IMG/VR virus record: IMGVR_UViG_3300012359_000004
Coordinates: 1 to 56,404 of that record
Origin: a virus
Lineage: Duplodnaviria; Caudoviricetes
DNA: 56,404 bases
Direction: 5' to 3' (one strand)
Made by a program: the position numbers and the translations under genes. The notes beneath the pieces were generated by a model, which was not told the DNA's origin, did not search any database, and was given only the letters and a program-made list of their open reading frames with translations. This document shows, piece by piece, positions 9,397 to 17,891 of this stretch; within the stretch, counting starts at the first letter, position 1; every line of letters begins with the position of its first letter.

Positions 9397-10440
9397 ATGA
9401 CCAAAAGCGACGAATGGCCGCCGTTTGCCTTCGCGCCGTCCTCGCCCTGGGGCCGGTGCTATTCTGATTTCCTCCGGCGCAAATTTGACAGGTCCGGCAG
9501 TCAATCCACGCTGGACCACTACCGCCAGTACCTTGTGCAATTCTTCACCGAGCCCGCATTGATACCCGATGCCTACACGCGGGAACATGTGGAGGCGTTC
9601 GTACATTCACCCGGTCGTGGGCCTGGTAGGGAAGGCAATCCGCCTTCTGTTGGGCTCATGAACAATCGTCTCAGTGTGCTCAACTCGTTTTATGCTTATG
9701 CTGGTGGCTATGGCATCACGAACGAGCAGGGCATCATTGAGCCATTGATGAAAAGAATGCCACCCACAGCGGGATTGAAACAGATGCAGCGGGAGCAAGG
9801 CCCCTATCGTGCCCTCTCTGCGGAGGAGCTGCGTCGGTTCTTTGCCGCGATCCCACGAGACACGATTATCGGCATACGGGATTATGCGCTCTTTGCCACG
9901 TATTTCTTCACGGCGCGAAGACGCTCCGAGATCGTCAATTTGAAGTGGGGCGACATTGAAAAGACCACACTCATTGAGGCGAATGGTGGAAGGCGCGAAG
10001 GTTGGCTCTATCATTATCGGGCAAAAGCTCACAAGCGTCAGGATGCTACAGCGGAATTGCCACAGGTCGCTATGGAAGCTATTGTGCTGTACTTGGAAAA
10101 ATCAGGCAGGCTGGCGACCATCAAGCCGGAGGATTATATTTTCATCATGGCCGATCGACGCTATAAGCCCGATGCGAAGAAGCCATTGCACCCGAATACC
10201 GTGTGGCACGCAGTGAAGGTTTACGCTGCGCGGGCGGGGATACCGCAGGGGAAGATCACGACGCATTCTCTGAGGCACACAAGTGCTCGTGTCCGCTATG
10301 AAAGTGGAGTGGATATCAGGGAAATCCAACGCATCCTGGGCCATGCCAATCTCTCAGTAACGGATACATATCTCCGCCAACTTACGACCACAGCAGACCC
10401 TGGTGCAAAGTTTCTTGAGAAGAAGTTTGGGGACTTCTAG
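9397..10440 (+). CDS. tyrosine recombinase/integrase 1
   Basis: TARRRSEI, HSLRHT, ILGHAN..TDTY catalytic motifs. Confidence 0.95.
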   Translation: MTKSDEWPPFAFAPSSPWGRCYSDFLRRKFDRSGSQSTLDHYRQYLVQFFTEPALIPDAYTREHVEAFVHSPGRGPGREGNPPSVGLMNNRLSVLNSFYAYAGGYGITNEQGIIEPLMKRMPPTAGLKQMQREQGPYRALSAEELRRFFAAIPRDTIIGIRDYALFATYFFTARRRSEIVNLKWGDIEKTTLIEANGGRREGWLYHYRAKAHKRQDATAELPQVAMEAIVLYLEKSGRLATIKPEDYIFIMADRRYKPDAKKPLHPNTVWHAVKVYAARAGIPQGKITTHSLRHTSARVRYESGVDIREIQRILGHANLSVTDTYLRQLTTTADPGAKFLEKKFGDF

Positions 10441-10447
10441 ACGTGCA

Positions 10448-10485
10448 ATGAGGGCAAACATACTTCCATTTCTGTTTGCCCTCAT
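10448..10485. terminator. 13-bp hairpin between convergent genes
   Basis: ATGAGGGCAAACA / TGTTTGCCCTCAT. Confidence 0.5.
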
Positions 10486-10638
10486 CACGAGTCGCTTCAT
10501 TTGGCTGTGGTATGGCACTATGATAGCACGCTACGAAGCATCCTACAAGCCTCTGCTACGATTGTCCTACGTTCTACTCCATTGGACGCAGGGCAATCGC
10601 CATCATAAAATCTCTCGTGTGAATTTTGCGTGAATGGA

Positions 10639-11076
10639 TTAAGACAAATGTTTTTCGAGGTATTTTATCGCACTCTCTAAGCGGGTAAAGCTATCATTAG
10701 CAAAGCCCAACAGAGTATTACACTTTCGGCAAAGAAGCTCCCTTACTGTACCGCTATAATGACAATGATCAACTACAAGGTAATCTCCAGGTCCTGGCAG
10801 CACCCCACAAATGGCGCATCGTCCATTCTGTGCTTTAAGCATAGCAGCGTGATCATCAGGAGTTAACCCGTATTTACGTAAATGGCTAACATCTTTGTTA
10901 ACAGCAATAGTGTGCTGATTAGTCGGAGGTAAACAATCCCTAACAAGGGCAGTTTCTTCAGAGGCGGGTTGTATAAATTTAGCGCAAACACCACAGCAAA
11001 AAGCTTTTGGTGACATAGTACGCATTTTCCCACAGTTGCGACATAAGCGTTTTGGGCGTGGTACAATACCATTCAT
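10639..11076 (-). CDS. endonuclease VII-type homing endonuclease
   Basis: YGLT..QNGRCAIC..VDHCH..VRELLCRKCNTLLG; ATG 11076 follows GGAG of the conserved leader. Confidence 0.9.
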   Translation of the reverse strand: MNGIVPRPKRLCRNCGKMRTMSPKAFCCGVCAKFIQPASEETALVRDCLPPTNQHTIAVNKDVSHLRKYGLTPDDHAAMLKAQNGRCAICGVLPGPGDYLVVDHCHYSGTVRELLCRKCNTLLGFANDSFTRLESAIKYLEKHLS

Positions 11077-11160
11077 GGCAAGCTCCAATCTTGTCATCGG
11101 CTCAGGGGTATGTCCAGTACCGCCTGAGCAAAACAATTTTTACGCCTCTATTATACCATA
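11074..11160 (-). promoter_or_regulatory. conserved endonuclease leader (promoter + structured RNA), copy D
   Basis: TGGTATAAT; GCTCAGG-C-GGTA[CTGGACA]TACC-CCTGAGC; ATGACAAG[ATTGGAG]CTTGCCAT. Confidence 0.8.
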
Positions 11161-11180
11161 ATCTAGCCTCTTGTGTATAT

Positions 11181-11246
11181 AGGTTAAGGTTTCTCAATAC
11201 GATTTCCCCACAATGACCCTTGCAGGTTAAGGTTTCTCAATGCGAT
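11181..11246 (+). repeat. two 23-nt direct repeats, period 43
   Basis: AGGTTAAGGTTTCTCAAT(A/G)CGAT at 11181 and 11224. Confidence 0.9.
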
Positions 11247-11409
11247 AGGTGAATTTTTTCACACTCCCCATTTTGGATAATCTTGGGTTACAATAAAACA
11301 GTGAGAAACGTGGTGAGTGTTTTCTACCGTGCAACTCCACCAAAGATTACAGTTTATTCATAATTGCTCAGAGTCCGCGAAATTGGTGAAAATTTGCGTA
11401 TAGTACCCC

Positions 11410-11438
11410 TTGCAATTGATTACAGGGTATGTTACTAT
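11410..11438 (+). promoter_or_regulatory. early rightward promoter with overlapping imperfect inverted repeat
   Basis: TTGCAA-17-TACTAT; TACCC..GGGTA flanks. Confidence 0.55.
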
Positions 11439-11503
11439 CTTAATGCTGTTTAATATATTGTTATCTCAAATAACATATCGTAAAATCAAAGGGGGTCTGC
11501 GCT

Positions 11504-11704
11504 ATGAGCGCGCCAGCGATGACGGAAAAACTCTATACCATAGAAGAGGTCGCTAAAATTCTTGAGCTTCACCGGAATACCGTGAAAAAGAGAATTGAAG
11601 AGGGTGATCTTGTAGCCATCAAGGTTGGACGTGAATACAGAATCCGACCGCGAGACCTTGAAGATTTTATGGAGCGTAACCAGTACAGGCCAAAAGGCCA
11701 ATAA
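11504..11704 (+). CDS. excisionase/HTH_17 family DNA-binding protein
   Basis: LYTIEEVAKILELHRNTV..I..G.L.AIKVGREYRI. Confidence 0.9.
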   Translation: MSAPAMTEKLYTIEEVAKILELHRNTVKKRIEEGDLVAIKVGREYRIRPRDLEDFMERNQYRPKGQ

Positions 11705-12009
11705 ACGTGAAAGCGCCCGCCTCCCTGTCTGATTGCATTCCGACGTTTGGGAAACGAGCGCTGTAGTTCCAAGCAAAGAATACCATCTGCGTGAGGCAGT
11801 GTCAAGATTTGCTTGGTGGAAAGGGGTACCACTGTGTCATCTACAGACACAAAAATTGGCGGGAATAAACCCGCCACGAGTCCATCGCTCCAACCACGGT
11901 GTGACACCGTGTTACACAAGGACGATATTGTATATACAACAAACAACGAGTTTAGGCCGGTTTCTGTTGTCCATTGTAGCACATGGTGTAGCAGTCTGCG
12001 AGGTGAGTC

Positions 12010-12225
12010 ATGAACCGATTCACACCCGAAAGGCCGCCTCCACGAGACAAGCGCACTGTCGAGGAATTCAAACAGTTCCTCACGTGGGCGGGTAGTCCGT
12101 CCTATCCTGGGGTCTACATCCACCTGGCACGAGGCTGGTACCAGGGCCTACTCACCATCGAGGAAGGCCAGCGTATTGAAGCAGAGCGGCAGGTGTGGCA
12201 GTTCGTAGGGGTGCAACATGAATGA
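12010..12225 (+). CDS. hypothetical protein
   Basis: GAGGTGA RBS. Confidence 0.65.
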   Translation: MNRFTPERPPPRDKRTVEEFKQFLTWAGSPSYPGVYIHLARGWYQGLLTIEEGQRIEAERQVWQFVGVQHE

Positions 12226-12364
12226 GCCTGTTTACGGCGTTGCACCGGGCGCAACATACGACCCTGACATTGATCTGCTGTACGAGGATGACGATGAGGA
12301 CACAGTGAAGCGGGCAGCTATTGATAGTACGGTGAAGTTACGGCGCGTGGAGGTGGCAGTATGA
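12218..12364 (+). CDS. small acidic hypothetical protein (48 aa)
   Basis: MNEPVYGVAPG...; overlaps both neighbours. Confidence 0.55.
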   Translation: MNEPVYGVAPGATYDPDIDLLYEDDDEDTVKRAAIDSTVKLRRVEVAV

Positions 12365-12570
12365 GCAATCCAGGCAACTTAGGCCAGCGGTTCCGTATGT
12401 CGAAGCTGACCGGCGTAGAGGTCAAAGGCGGGAAGGTTGTGTTCCATCTCGAATGTGGGCACGACTACAGCAGTACTCCGCTATGGGGTACGCCTGAAGA
12501 GTCAGCAGAGCGAGCACAGGCCCGGATTGGCAAGCGGGAGCGATGCGACAAATGTATGGAGAGATCATGA
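12361..12570 (+). CDS. small zinc-binding protein
   Basis: LECGH..RCDKC; GGAGG RBS. Confidence 0.65.
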   Translation: MSNPGNLGQRFRMSKLTGVEVKGGKVVFHLECGHDYSSTPLWGTPEESAERAQARIGKRERCDKCMERS

Positions 12571-12788
12571 TTACCGACCTCATCGCCCACTGTGAGCAGC
12601 AGCTCCACCTCGAAGCCGTCTACCACGAGGCCAAAGCCGCCGAGCGTGCGGCATGGCAAGCCGATATCGACAATCCACATTGCCATCACGAGCGGTTCTA
12701 TTCCCAGTGCTACCTGCGTGCATTTTGGGCGATGCGTGAGGCATGGTGGAACTGGCGGGCTGCGTGTGAGAGGGAGGGTACGAAATGA
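12567..12788 (+). CDS. hypothetical protein
   Basis: ATGA overlap. Confidence 0.6.
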   Translation: MITDLIAHCEQQLHLEAVYHEAKAAERAAWQADIDNPHCHHERFYSQCYLRAFWAMREAWWNWRAACEREGTK

Positions 12789-12960
12789 TGACCGTTCTCC
12801 GAAACTTGGACATTTAGGACAGGCCCAAACGTCACGTTCGGTTCTTCGTTCAACGAGAAGAGTTTCGCTTGAGATTGCTCTCAAGCCAGCGCTCCTCTCT
12901 CCCGAAGCGTAACTTTCCGTGGAACTCACGGTAGTTCTCAAGTCTGGTAGCCATCAGAAG
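12772..12960 (-). ncRNA. putative TnpB omegaRNA (scaffold to 12792, guide about 12791-12772)
   Basis: hairpins CCGTGAG/TCCACGG, CTTGAGA[GCAA]TCTCAAG, GAGAGGAG/CTCTTCTC; internal promoter-like TTGCCG-17-GAGAAT at 13119-13091; 5' boundary uncertain. Confidence 0.65.
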
Positions 12961-13178
12961 CCTTGGTTTTTGGCTTCTGGCAAGTAGAAAGAGAAGTGTA
13001 CATTGGTCAACACGCTAGTGTTTTTACCCACGGAAACGGTTTACCGTGGAACCCACAAGCACTATTCAGTTATCAAGGTACTACAGATATATTCTCTCAC
13101 AGGAGACAAAAAGCGGCAATGGAAGAGAAGTCCATGAAGGGATATGAATGTCCATGTTTTCAGAAGCTAGTTATGACC
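12792..13178 (-). mobile_element. non-autonomous IS607-family element carrying a TnpB-type omegaRNA scaffold
   Basis: CC core at both ends; imperfect inverted subterminal motifs (GAAACTTGGACATTTA vs AAAACATGGACATTCA); right end ..TGTCCAAGTTTCGGAGAACGG; relic TnpB tail TVSSTESYASGERSAG; removal restores RBS-ATGATGACCCTCCTC. Confidence 0.75.
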
Positions 13179-13289
13179 CTCCTCTCTCGACTCATCATGC
13201 TCTCCGTGTGGCTCTTTCTGCTGGCCTGCTACATCGGATTTGTCTACGTGCTGTGGCTGGCGGTCACGACACCCATTCCGGGGAATTGA
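13173..13289 (+). CDS. small membrane protein (38 aa); start supplied by the element end
   Basis: MTLLSRLIMLSVWLFLLACYIGFVYVLWLAV.. Confidence 0.55.
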   Translation: MTLLSRLIMLSVWLFLLACYIGFVYVLWLAVTTPIPGN

Positions 13290-13297
13290 GGGAAGCC

Positions 13298-13534
13298 ATG
13301 AACGATAACCCCGACGTCTACAACGTCACCATCCAGCATGTGGCCATTGCCGCGTCTACGATTGGCTTCGATGTGCTACGTAAGCCAGGATACTACATCA
13401 TCCTCACCGATGCTCTGCCCGGCTATGGAGACGCGGTAAAGTTCCCTGATAGCCCACATGGCTACACAGAGGCCCTGGCATGGATACGGAAAATAGCGGG
13501 CGATGAGGAGGCCAATCCTGAGCAAGCAGTTTGA
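13298..13534 (+). CDS. hypothetical protein
   Basis: GAGGGA RBS. Confidence 0.6.
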   Translation: MNDNPDVYNVTIQHVAIAASTIGFDVLRKPGYYIILTDALPGYGDAVKFPDSPHGYTEALAWIRKIAGDEEANPEQAV

Positions 13535-13874
13535 CCGCAAATTATTCAGTGCCTCTATCCAGGCAAAGTTGCTCGAGTCGCAGCTTAGCTTGCGAGAAGC
13601 GGCAAAGGAATCTGGTATCAGTCTGGCTACCCTGAGTCGCCTCAGCAATGGCAAAGTACCGGATATCGATCATTTCGTGGCCGTGGTTCGCTGGCTCCAA
13701 ATCGATGCGAATGCGTTTATGGATGCACCGCGGGGAGCAATCCTGACCAATCGTGAAAAGTGGGCGTGGCTCTATCTGTGCCTGCGAGACTTGGATGTAC
13801 CGGAAGAAGTGATTCAAGCCATAATCACCGTCATCAAAGTGGTAAAGCGGGGAAGCGAGGCCAATCGTGACTGA
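13503..13874 (+). CDS. XRE/Cro-family HTH transcriptional regulator
   Basis: LSLREAAKESGISLATLSRLSNGKVPD. Confidence 0.88.
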   Translation: MRRPILSKQFDRKLFSASIQAKLLESQLSLREAAKESGISLATLSRLSNGKVPDIDHFVAVVRWLQIDANAFMDAPRGAILTNREKWAWLYLCLRDLDVPEEVIQAIITVIKVVKRGSEANRD

Positions 13875-13879
13875 GCCAC

Positions 13880-14215
13880 GTCAGGAACCCTATAGCAAAA
13901 GCTATGGGTTTGCAAACTGTTGAGCATTTTAGCTCAGGCTGTTACAAGCCCTACCTGACCAGACCCAGCCAGGAAGAGATATCACCCATATCTCTTTATC
14001 GGGCTACGATACCGGCAATGTCAAAGAACGTACCAATGGGTGCGAGGCCAGCCCATTGCTCTATAACTCTCGAATTAACCAGGTTCATAGTAGGGGTTAA
14101 AGCCAGTGTTCGAGAGATGTGCAGACCGGTATCATCGTCGAGGCCACCATTACCCGGGAAACCGGTGGGAGTTACCGGCCTACTCCATATCAACAAGGCC
14201 GCCCCGCAAGGGGAG
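13880..14215 (+). ncRNA. IscB/IsrB-type omegaRNA (HEARO-like) scaffold with no iscB gene
   Basis: GTCAGG..CCTGACCAGAC P1, end hairpin AACCCTATAGC[AAAA]GCTATGGGTT, GGCTACGATACCGG..CCGGTATC, CAATGGGTGC..AGCCCATTG, CTCTCGAA..TTCGAGAG, GTCGAGGCCACCATTACC, CCGG[GAAA]CCGG, CCCC[GCAA]GGGG in the order typical of HEARO. Confidence 0.85.
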
Positions 14216-14298
14216 ATGAAAGGTAGCGAGGCATGAGTGATGTAGTTCCCAGTGGGAGTGTGTTGGTATGGAATATAAAGACGACGTATAGTTTCCAC

Positions 14299-14327
14299 TT
14301 GACCGAATTGTATCAATGTGGTATGCT
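14299..14327 (+). promoter_or_regulatory. promoter of the replication operon
   Basis: TTGACC-17-TATGCT, extended -10 TG. Confidence 0.65.
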
Positions 14328-14365
14328 TACAGTGGCATATCGTACGTATGCCAAAGGAGGTTCTA

Positions 14366-14563
14366 GTGATCACTATGGACTATTTAACCGCAGAGGAGGT
14401 AGCTACAGAGCTTCGATATTCGGTCACAACTGTAAAACGGATGCTTCGTACCAACGAAATGCCAGGCTACAAGTTTGGCGGCGAATGGCGCATCGACCGG
14501 GCCGAGTACGAAGAGTGGAAGCGACAACGCAAAAATCAATATCAGAAACCAGCAGAGGATTAA
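14366..14563 (+). CDS. HTH_17/excisionase-family DNA-binding protein
   Basis: YLTAEEVATELRYSVTTVKRML..MPGYKFGGEWRI; GGAGG RBS. Confidence 0.88.
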   Translation: MITMDYLTAEEVATELRYSVTTVKRMLRTNEMPGYKFGGEWRIDRAEYEEWKRQRKNQYQKPAED

Positions 14564-14706
14564 CTGACCTTCTGGTTTTTCCAGTAGCGCACGTGCTGCA
14601 AAGAAGTCTCCACACACCTATGCAGCACGCTGTGTAGCACTACCTCTATGCATTTTTGCACATGTTGGGCAAGGATGCAAGGGGTAGGGAGAAAGCGAGA
14701 TAACAA

Positions 14707-15159
14707 ATGACACTTCTAGCGGGGCATATCACACCAGAGGAAGCCGAAACCTCTGATCCAACACTGGGCGTTGAGTTTGAGCCTGAACACAATCAGGTCG
14801 TGGTCTACATCGATGAAGGCCATAGTCAAACTGAGGTGAGTTTGACTTATCGGCAAGTCTGTCAACTTCAAGGTATGGTCGCCCAGGCAAGAAGCGCAAT
14901 GGAATGGCATAACGCTACATGGGTCTCTGCCTCTGAGCGATACAAGGTACCTTGTATCGAGCACCTGATGAAAAAAGGTGAGCATGACCCAAAGGGCAAA
15001 ACGCTTTGTGGAAGGGTGCCATCAGAGTTTGACTTACTCATTGGTGGGTGGCAACTTTACCCCATTCGCGGGGAGCCTTCACGCACGCTCCGCGATAAGT
15101 TTACAGGTGGCACCTGTAAGCAGTGCCTTAAAAGATACGACAAAGCAATGCAAGGGTAG
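14707..15159 (+). CDS. hypothetical protein with H/C zinc motif
   Basis: H..TLCG..TCKQC. Confidence 0.65.
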   Translation: MTLLAGHITPEEAETSDPTLGVEFEPEHNQVVVYIDEGHSQTEVSLTYRQVCQLQGMVAQARSAMEWHNATWVSASERYKVPCIEHLMKKGEHDPKGKTLCGRVPSEFDLLIGGWQLYPIRGEPSRTLRDKFTGGTCKQCLKRYDKAMQG

Positions 15160-15210
15160 TTGGCAGGGAATACTGCTATTTCTCATAACGTGAAGGGTAA
15201 GGGCAATTGT

Positions 15211-16554
15211 ATGAGTAAACGGGATGATTTTACTTTCAACGGTTTTGAACCGGCTAATACCACGCCGGTGCCAGATATTCTTTTTGATGAACTTTTATCA
15301 CAACTCACTGGGGCAGAACTCAAGGTACTCCTCTACATCATCAGGCGTACCAGGGGCTTCAAGAAAGACACCGATGCTATTTCTTTAAGCCAATTTCAAA
15401 AAGGCATCATCACGAAAGAGAGAAAACAGCTTGATAAAGGGTGTGGTGTAGGAGATCGTCAAACGATCATTGATGCCCTGGCTTCCCTAGAAAAGAAAAA
15501 ATGCATTGTGAGCGAGAAAACCAAGACAGTAAAAGGCGACAATGCTACGACGCTCTATCGCATTTTATTCAGTCAAGAGGTAGTGGGAAAAGCCTACCAC
15601 GGTAGTAGGGAAAAGCCTACCACGGTAGTGGGAAAAGCCTACCACCGTGGTAGGGAAAATGGCACTACCGTAGTTGGGAATTCCAACCCACAAGAAACAG
15701 TATTACAACAAACAGATTCACAAGAAACAGTATCACAAGAGAGTGTTACGCCCACCATTGCAGATATGCCAGCATGTGGCGCTAGCGCGCCAGCACCCTC
15801 TGCTTTGCCTCTTCAAGAAAAAACTGATAAGCAAGAGATACCGGTGACTTATGCTGATTGCCTTGCTTATCTCCAAGAGCATAACGCTCTCCCTCAAGGC
15901 GATGCCGTTCAGCAGATGACTCAGGCTCGCATACTTTACGCTTCTCAGCAGAAAGGACAAACCGATGGACATAGCCAGCTTCGTAGCACTCATCATGGTG
16001 CTGATTACCCTGATAGTGGCAGCGTTAGTCATCCTGGAGAAGCCGAAGGACAACGGATAGAACAGACACCCTCCTCCACGCCTGTTCAGGTTCTCCCCCC
16101 ACTTGCCACTTTGAGCAAGATGCCTGAACAGGCCGCGTTCATGGCACCTGCGGAACCGAAGCCGCGTGCAAAGGCAGCACCGAAAAAGCCCGTAGAGAAA
16201 CCAGCCGGGCCACCTGTCGCGCCTCCTGTGGACATGGAGTGGAGCACACGTAAATGCTTGCAATGGTTCGACTTCTGGCGTGGAGCTCCACTTATCGGCA
16301 AATTCAAGCTGATGCAGGCCTCCACGTGTGCCAAAGGACTGGCAGAGAACTATTCTGAAGCGCAGGTGCTCAGTGCGCGTACGGACATGGAAGCGGATGT
16401 GTACTGGATGGCTAGGGGTGGCTGTGATGTGTGCGATGTGGCGAATAACATTCACAAATATGTCAGGAAGCGCCAACTAACGATTGCGGAGAAAGCGAAA
16501 GACGCCGCGCCGGTGAAGATTACTCGTGAAATGTTGCACCAAAGGAAACCATGA
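15211..16554 (+). CDS. phage replication initiator (O-like winged helix)
   Basis: NTTPVPDILFD..LTGAELKVLLYIIRRTRGF..DAISLSQF; internal iterons; upstream of dnaB. Confidence 0.88.
   Translation: MSKRDDFTFNGFEPANTTPVPDILFDELLSQLTGAELKVLLYIIRRTRGFKKDTDAISLSQFQKGIITKERKQLDKGCGVGDRQTIIDALASLEKKKCIVSEKTKTVKGDNATTLYRILFSQEVVGKAYHGSREKPTTVVGKAYHRGRENGTTVVGNSNPQETVLQQTDSQETVSQESVTPTIADMPACGASAPAPSALPLQEKTDKQEIPVTYADCLAYLQEHNALPQGDAVQQMTQARILYASQQKGQTDGHSQLRSTHHGADYPDSGSVSHPGEAEGQRIEQTPSSTPVQVLPPLATLSKMPEQAAFMAPAEPKPRAKAAPKKPVEKPAGPPVAPPVDMEWSTRKCLQWFDFWRGAPLIGKFKLMQASTCAKGLAENYSEAQVLSARTDMEADVYWMARGGCDVCDVANNIHKYVRKRQLTIAEKAKDAAPVKITREMLHQRKP
15579..15740 (+). repeat. iterons / probable replication origin within the initiator gene
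   Basis: 3-5 copies of GGTAGT(A)GGGAAAAGCCTACCAC followed by A-rich 15-mers CACAAGAAACAGTAT. Confidence 0.85.
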
Positions 16555-17891
16555 TGACAGAGAAATGGGTACCGACCAACGTGGAGGCAGAAGAAAGCGT
16601 GCTTTCTCACCTGCTCAGTGCTCCACGCAAAATTACGGAAGTGGTAGACCGCTTATCCCCTGAGCACTTCTGTTCAGATCGTGCCAGCCGCATCTACCAA
16701 CTCATGGTGACGTTAGCGCATCAGGGGAAGGCATGTACCGTCTCTAACGTCTATGATGCCTGGGCAAGAATGTATGGCATGGATGATGAAGTCTACGACT
16801 TTCTTGAAGATCGCTATGGTCTTTTCTCAGCATTCATGACGCCCTTCGAGGACCAGGTAGAGAAGGTCATTCGCGTGCATACCATGCGCCGTCTCATCTC
16901 AGCCGCCCAGCACATCGCGGAAGTCGCCTACGCTCAGGACGACAATGCTATGGACGTGGCAGAACAACTCATTTACGATATTGCCAGGGGCGTAGATGGT
17001 GACACAGTGGCAACGCTGGCAGAGGTGAAACAGCGCTATATGCAGGAGTTTGAACAGCGCCGTGAAAACCTCCTCAATGGCATTGCCAACGGCATCCCGA
17101 CCGGCTTTCATGAGCTTGATACAATCCTGGGAGGACTCCAACCATCCAATCTCTATACCCTCGCAGCTCGCCCTAGCCTGGGTAAGACAGCCCTGGCTCT
17201 CAACATTGCCCTGTACATCGCTAGACATGCCCGCCGGTGCCTGTTCTTTAGCCTGGAAATGAGCGAGTCAGAATTATTCCAGCGCTTGCTAGCCATAGAA
17301 ACGCCCGTTGACCAATCGTTCTTGCGCGACGGCGATGTGAACGAGCAGGAGTTGGAAGATATCCGCTACACGGCGAACGATCTGGCCAACCTGGATATGC
17401 TGATAGACGACCGGACATACACACTTGCGGGCATCTGTAGTAAGGCCCGGCGCGAACATGCCCGCAAACCGCTTAACCTCATTGTGGTTGATTATCTCCA
17501 ATTGATCGATACCGCCCCGGAGGGCCGAAGCAAGAACAAGATGCGCTATGAGGAGGTGGGCGAATTCTCGAAGCGATTGAAACGCCTGTCCAAAGAGTTG
17601 AAAGTGCCGGTCATTGCCATAGCTCAGTTAAACCGCGACGTAGAAAGCCGACAAAGCCCAAAGCCGCGTATGTCTGATTTAGGCGAAAGTGGCAAACTTG
17701 AGCAGGATATGGACGTTGTGGCCTTCGTCTACTGCGAGGAGGCAGAGATCAAGAAAAAGGAGAATTGCGAACCGTATCAGGTGCATGTCAATGTCGCAAA
17801 ACATCGAAACGGGCGACTGGGGGACGTAGCCTTGTGGTTCAGGCCCCGGATCACTAAATTTCAGGACGAGGAACCGGACTATGACGAGTGA
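16551..17891 (+). CDS. dnaB: replicative DNA helicase
   Basis: AARPSLGKT, FSLEM, IVVDYLQL, AQLNR, SGKLEQD, KHRNG. Confidence 0.97.
   Translation: MMTEKWVPTNVEAEESVLSHLLSAPRKITEVVDRLSPEHFCSDRASRIYQLMVTLAHQGKACTVSNVYDAWARMYGMDDEVYDFLEDRYGLFSAFMTPFEDQVEKVIRVHTMRRLISAAQHIAEVAYAQDDNAMDVAEQLIYDIARGVDGDTVATLAEVKQRYMQEFEQRRENLLNGIANGIPTGFHELDTILGGLQPSNLYTLAARPSLGKTALALNIALYIARHARRCLFFSLEMSESELFQRLLAIETPVDQSFLRDGDVNEQELEDIRYTANDLANLDMLIDDRTYTLAGICSKARREHARKPLNLIVVDYLQLIDTAPEGRSKNKMRYEEVGEFSKRLKRLSKELKVPVIAIAQLNRDVESRQSPKPRMSDLGESGKLEQDMDVVAFVYCEEAEIKKKENCEPYQVHVNVAKHRNGRLGDVALWFRPRITKFQDEEPDYDE

Noticed and set aside
11181-11246. mini CRISPR array
   Set aside because: only two repeats, non-palindromic, a 20-nt gap and no cas genes; location fits binding sites better
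12465-12941. 158-aa minus-strand ORF as a real gene
   Set aside because: only the N-terminal part resembles a TnpB tail (omegaRNA region); the rest is antisense to real genes
14233-14637. ORF after the omegaRNA as IscB/IsrB
   Set aside because: no PLMP, RuvC or HNH motifs; it overlaps a promoter and the HTH gene in another frame; at most the first codons are a relic
15733-16476. 247-aa antisense ORF in the replication gene
   Set aside because: shadow frame with no RBS or motifs
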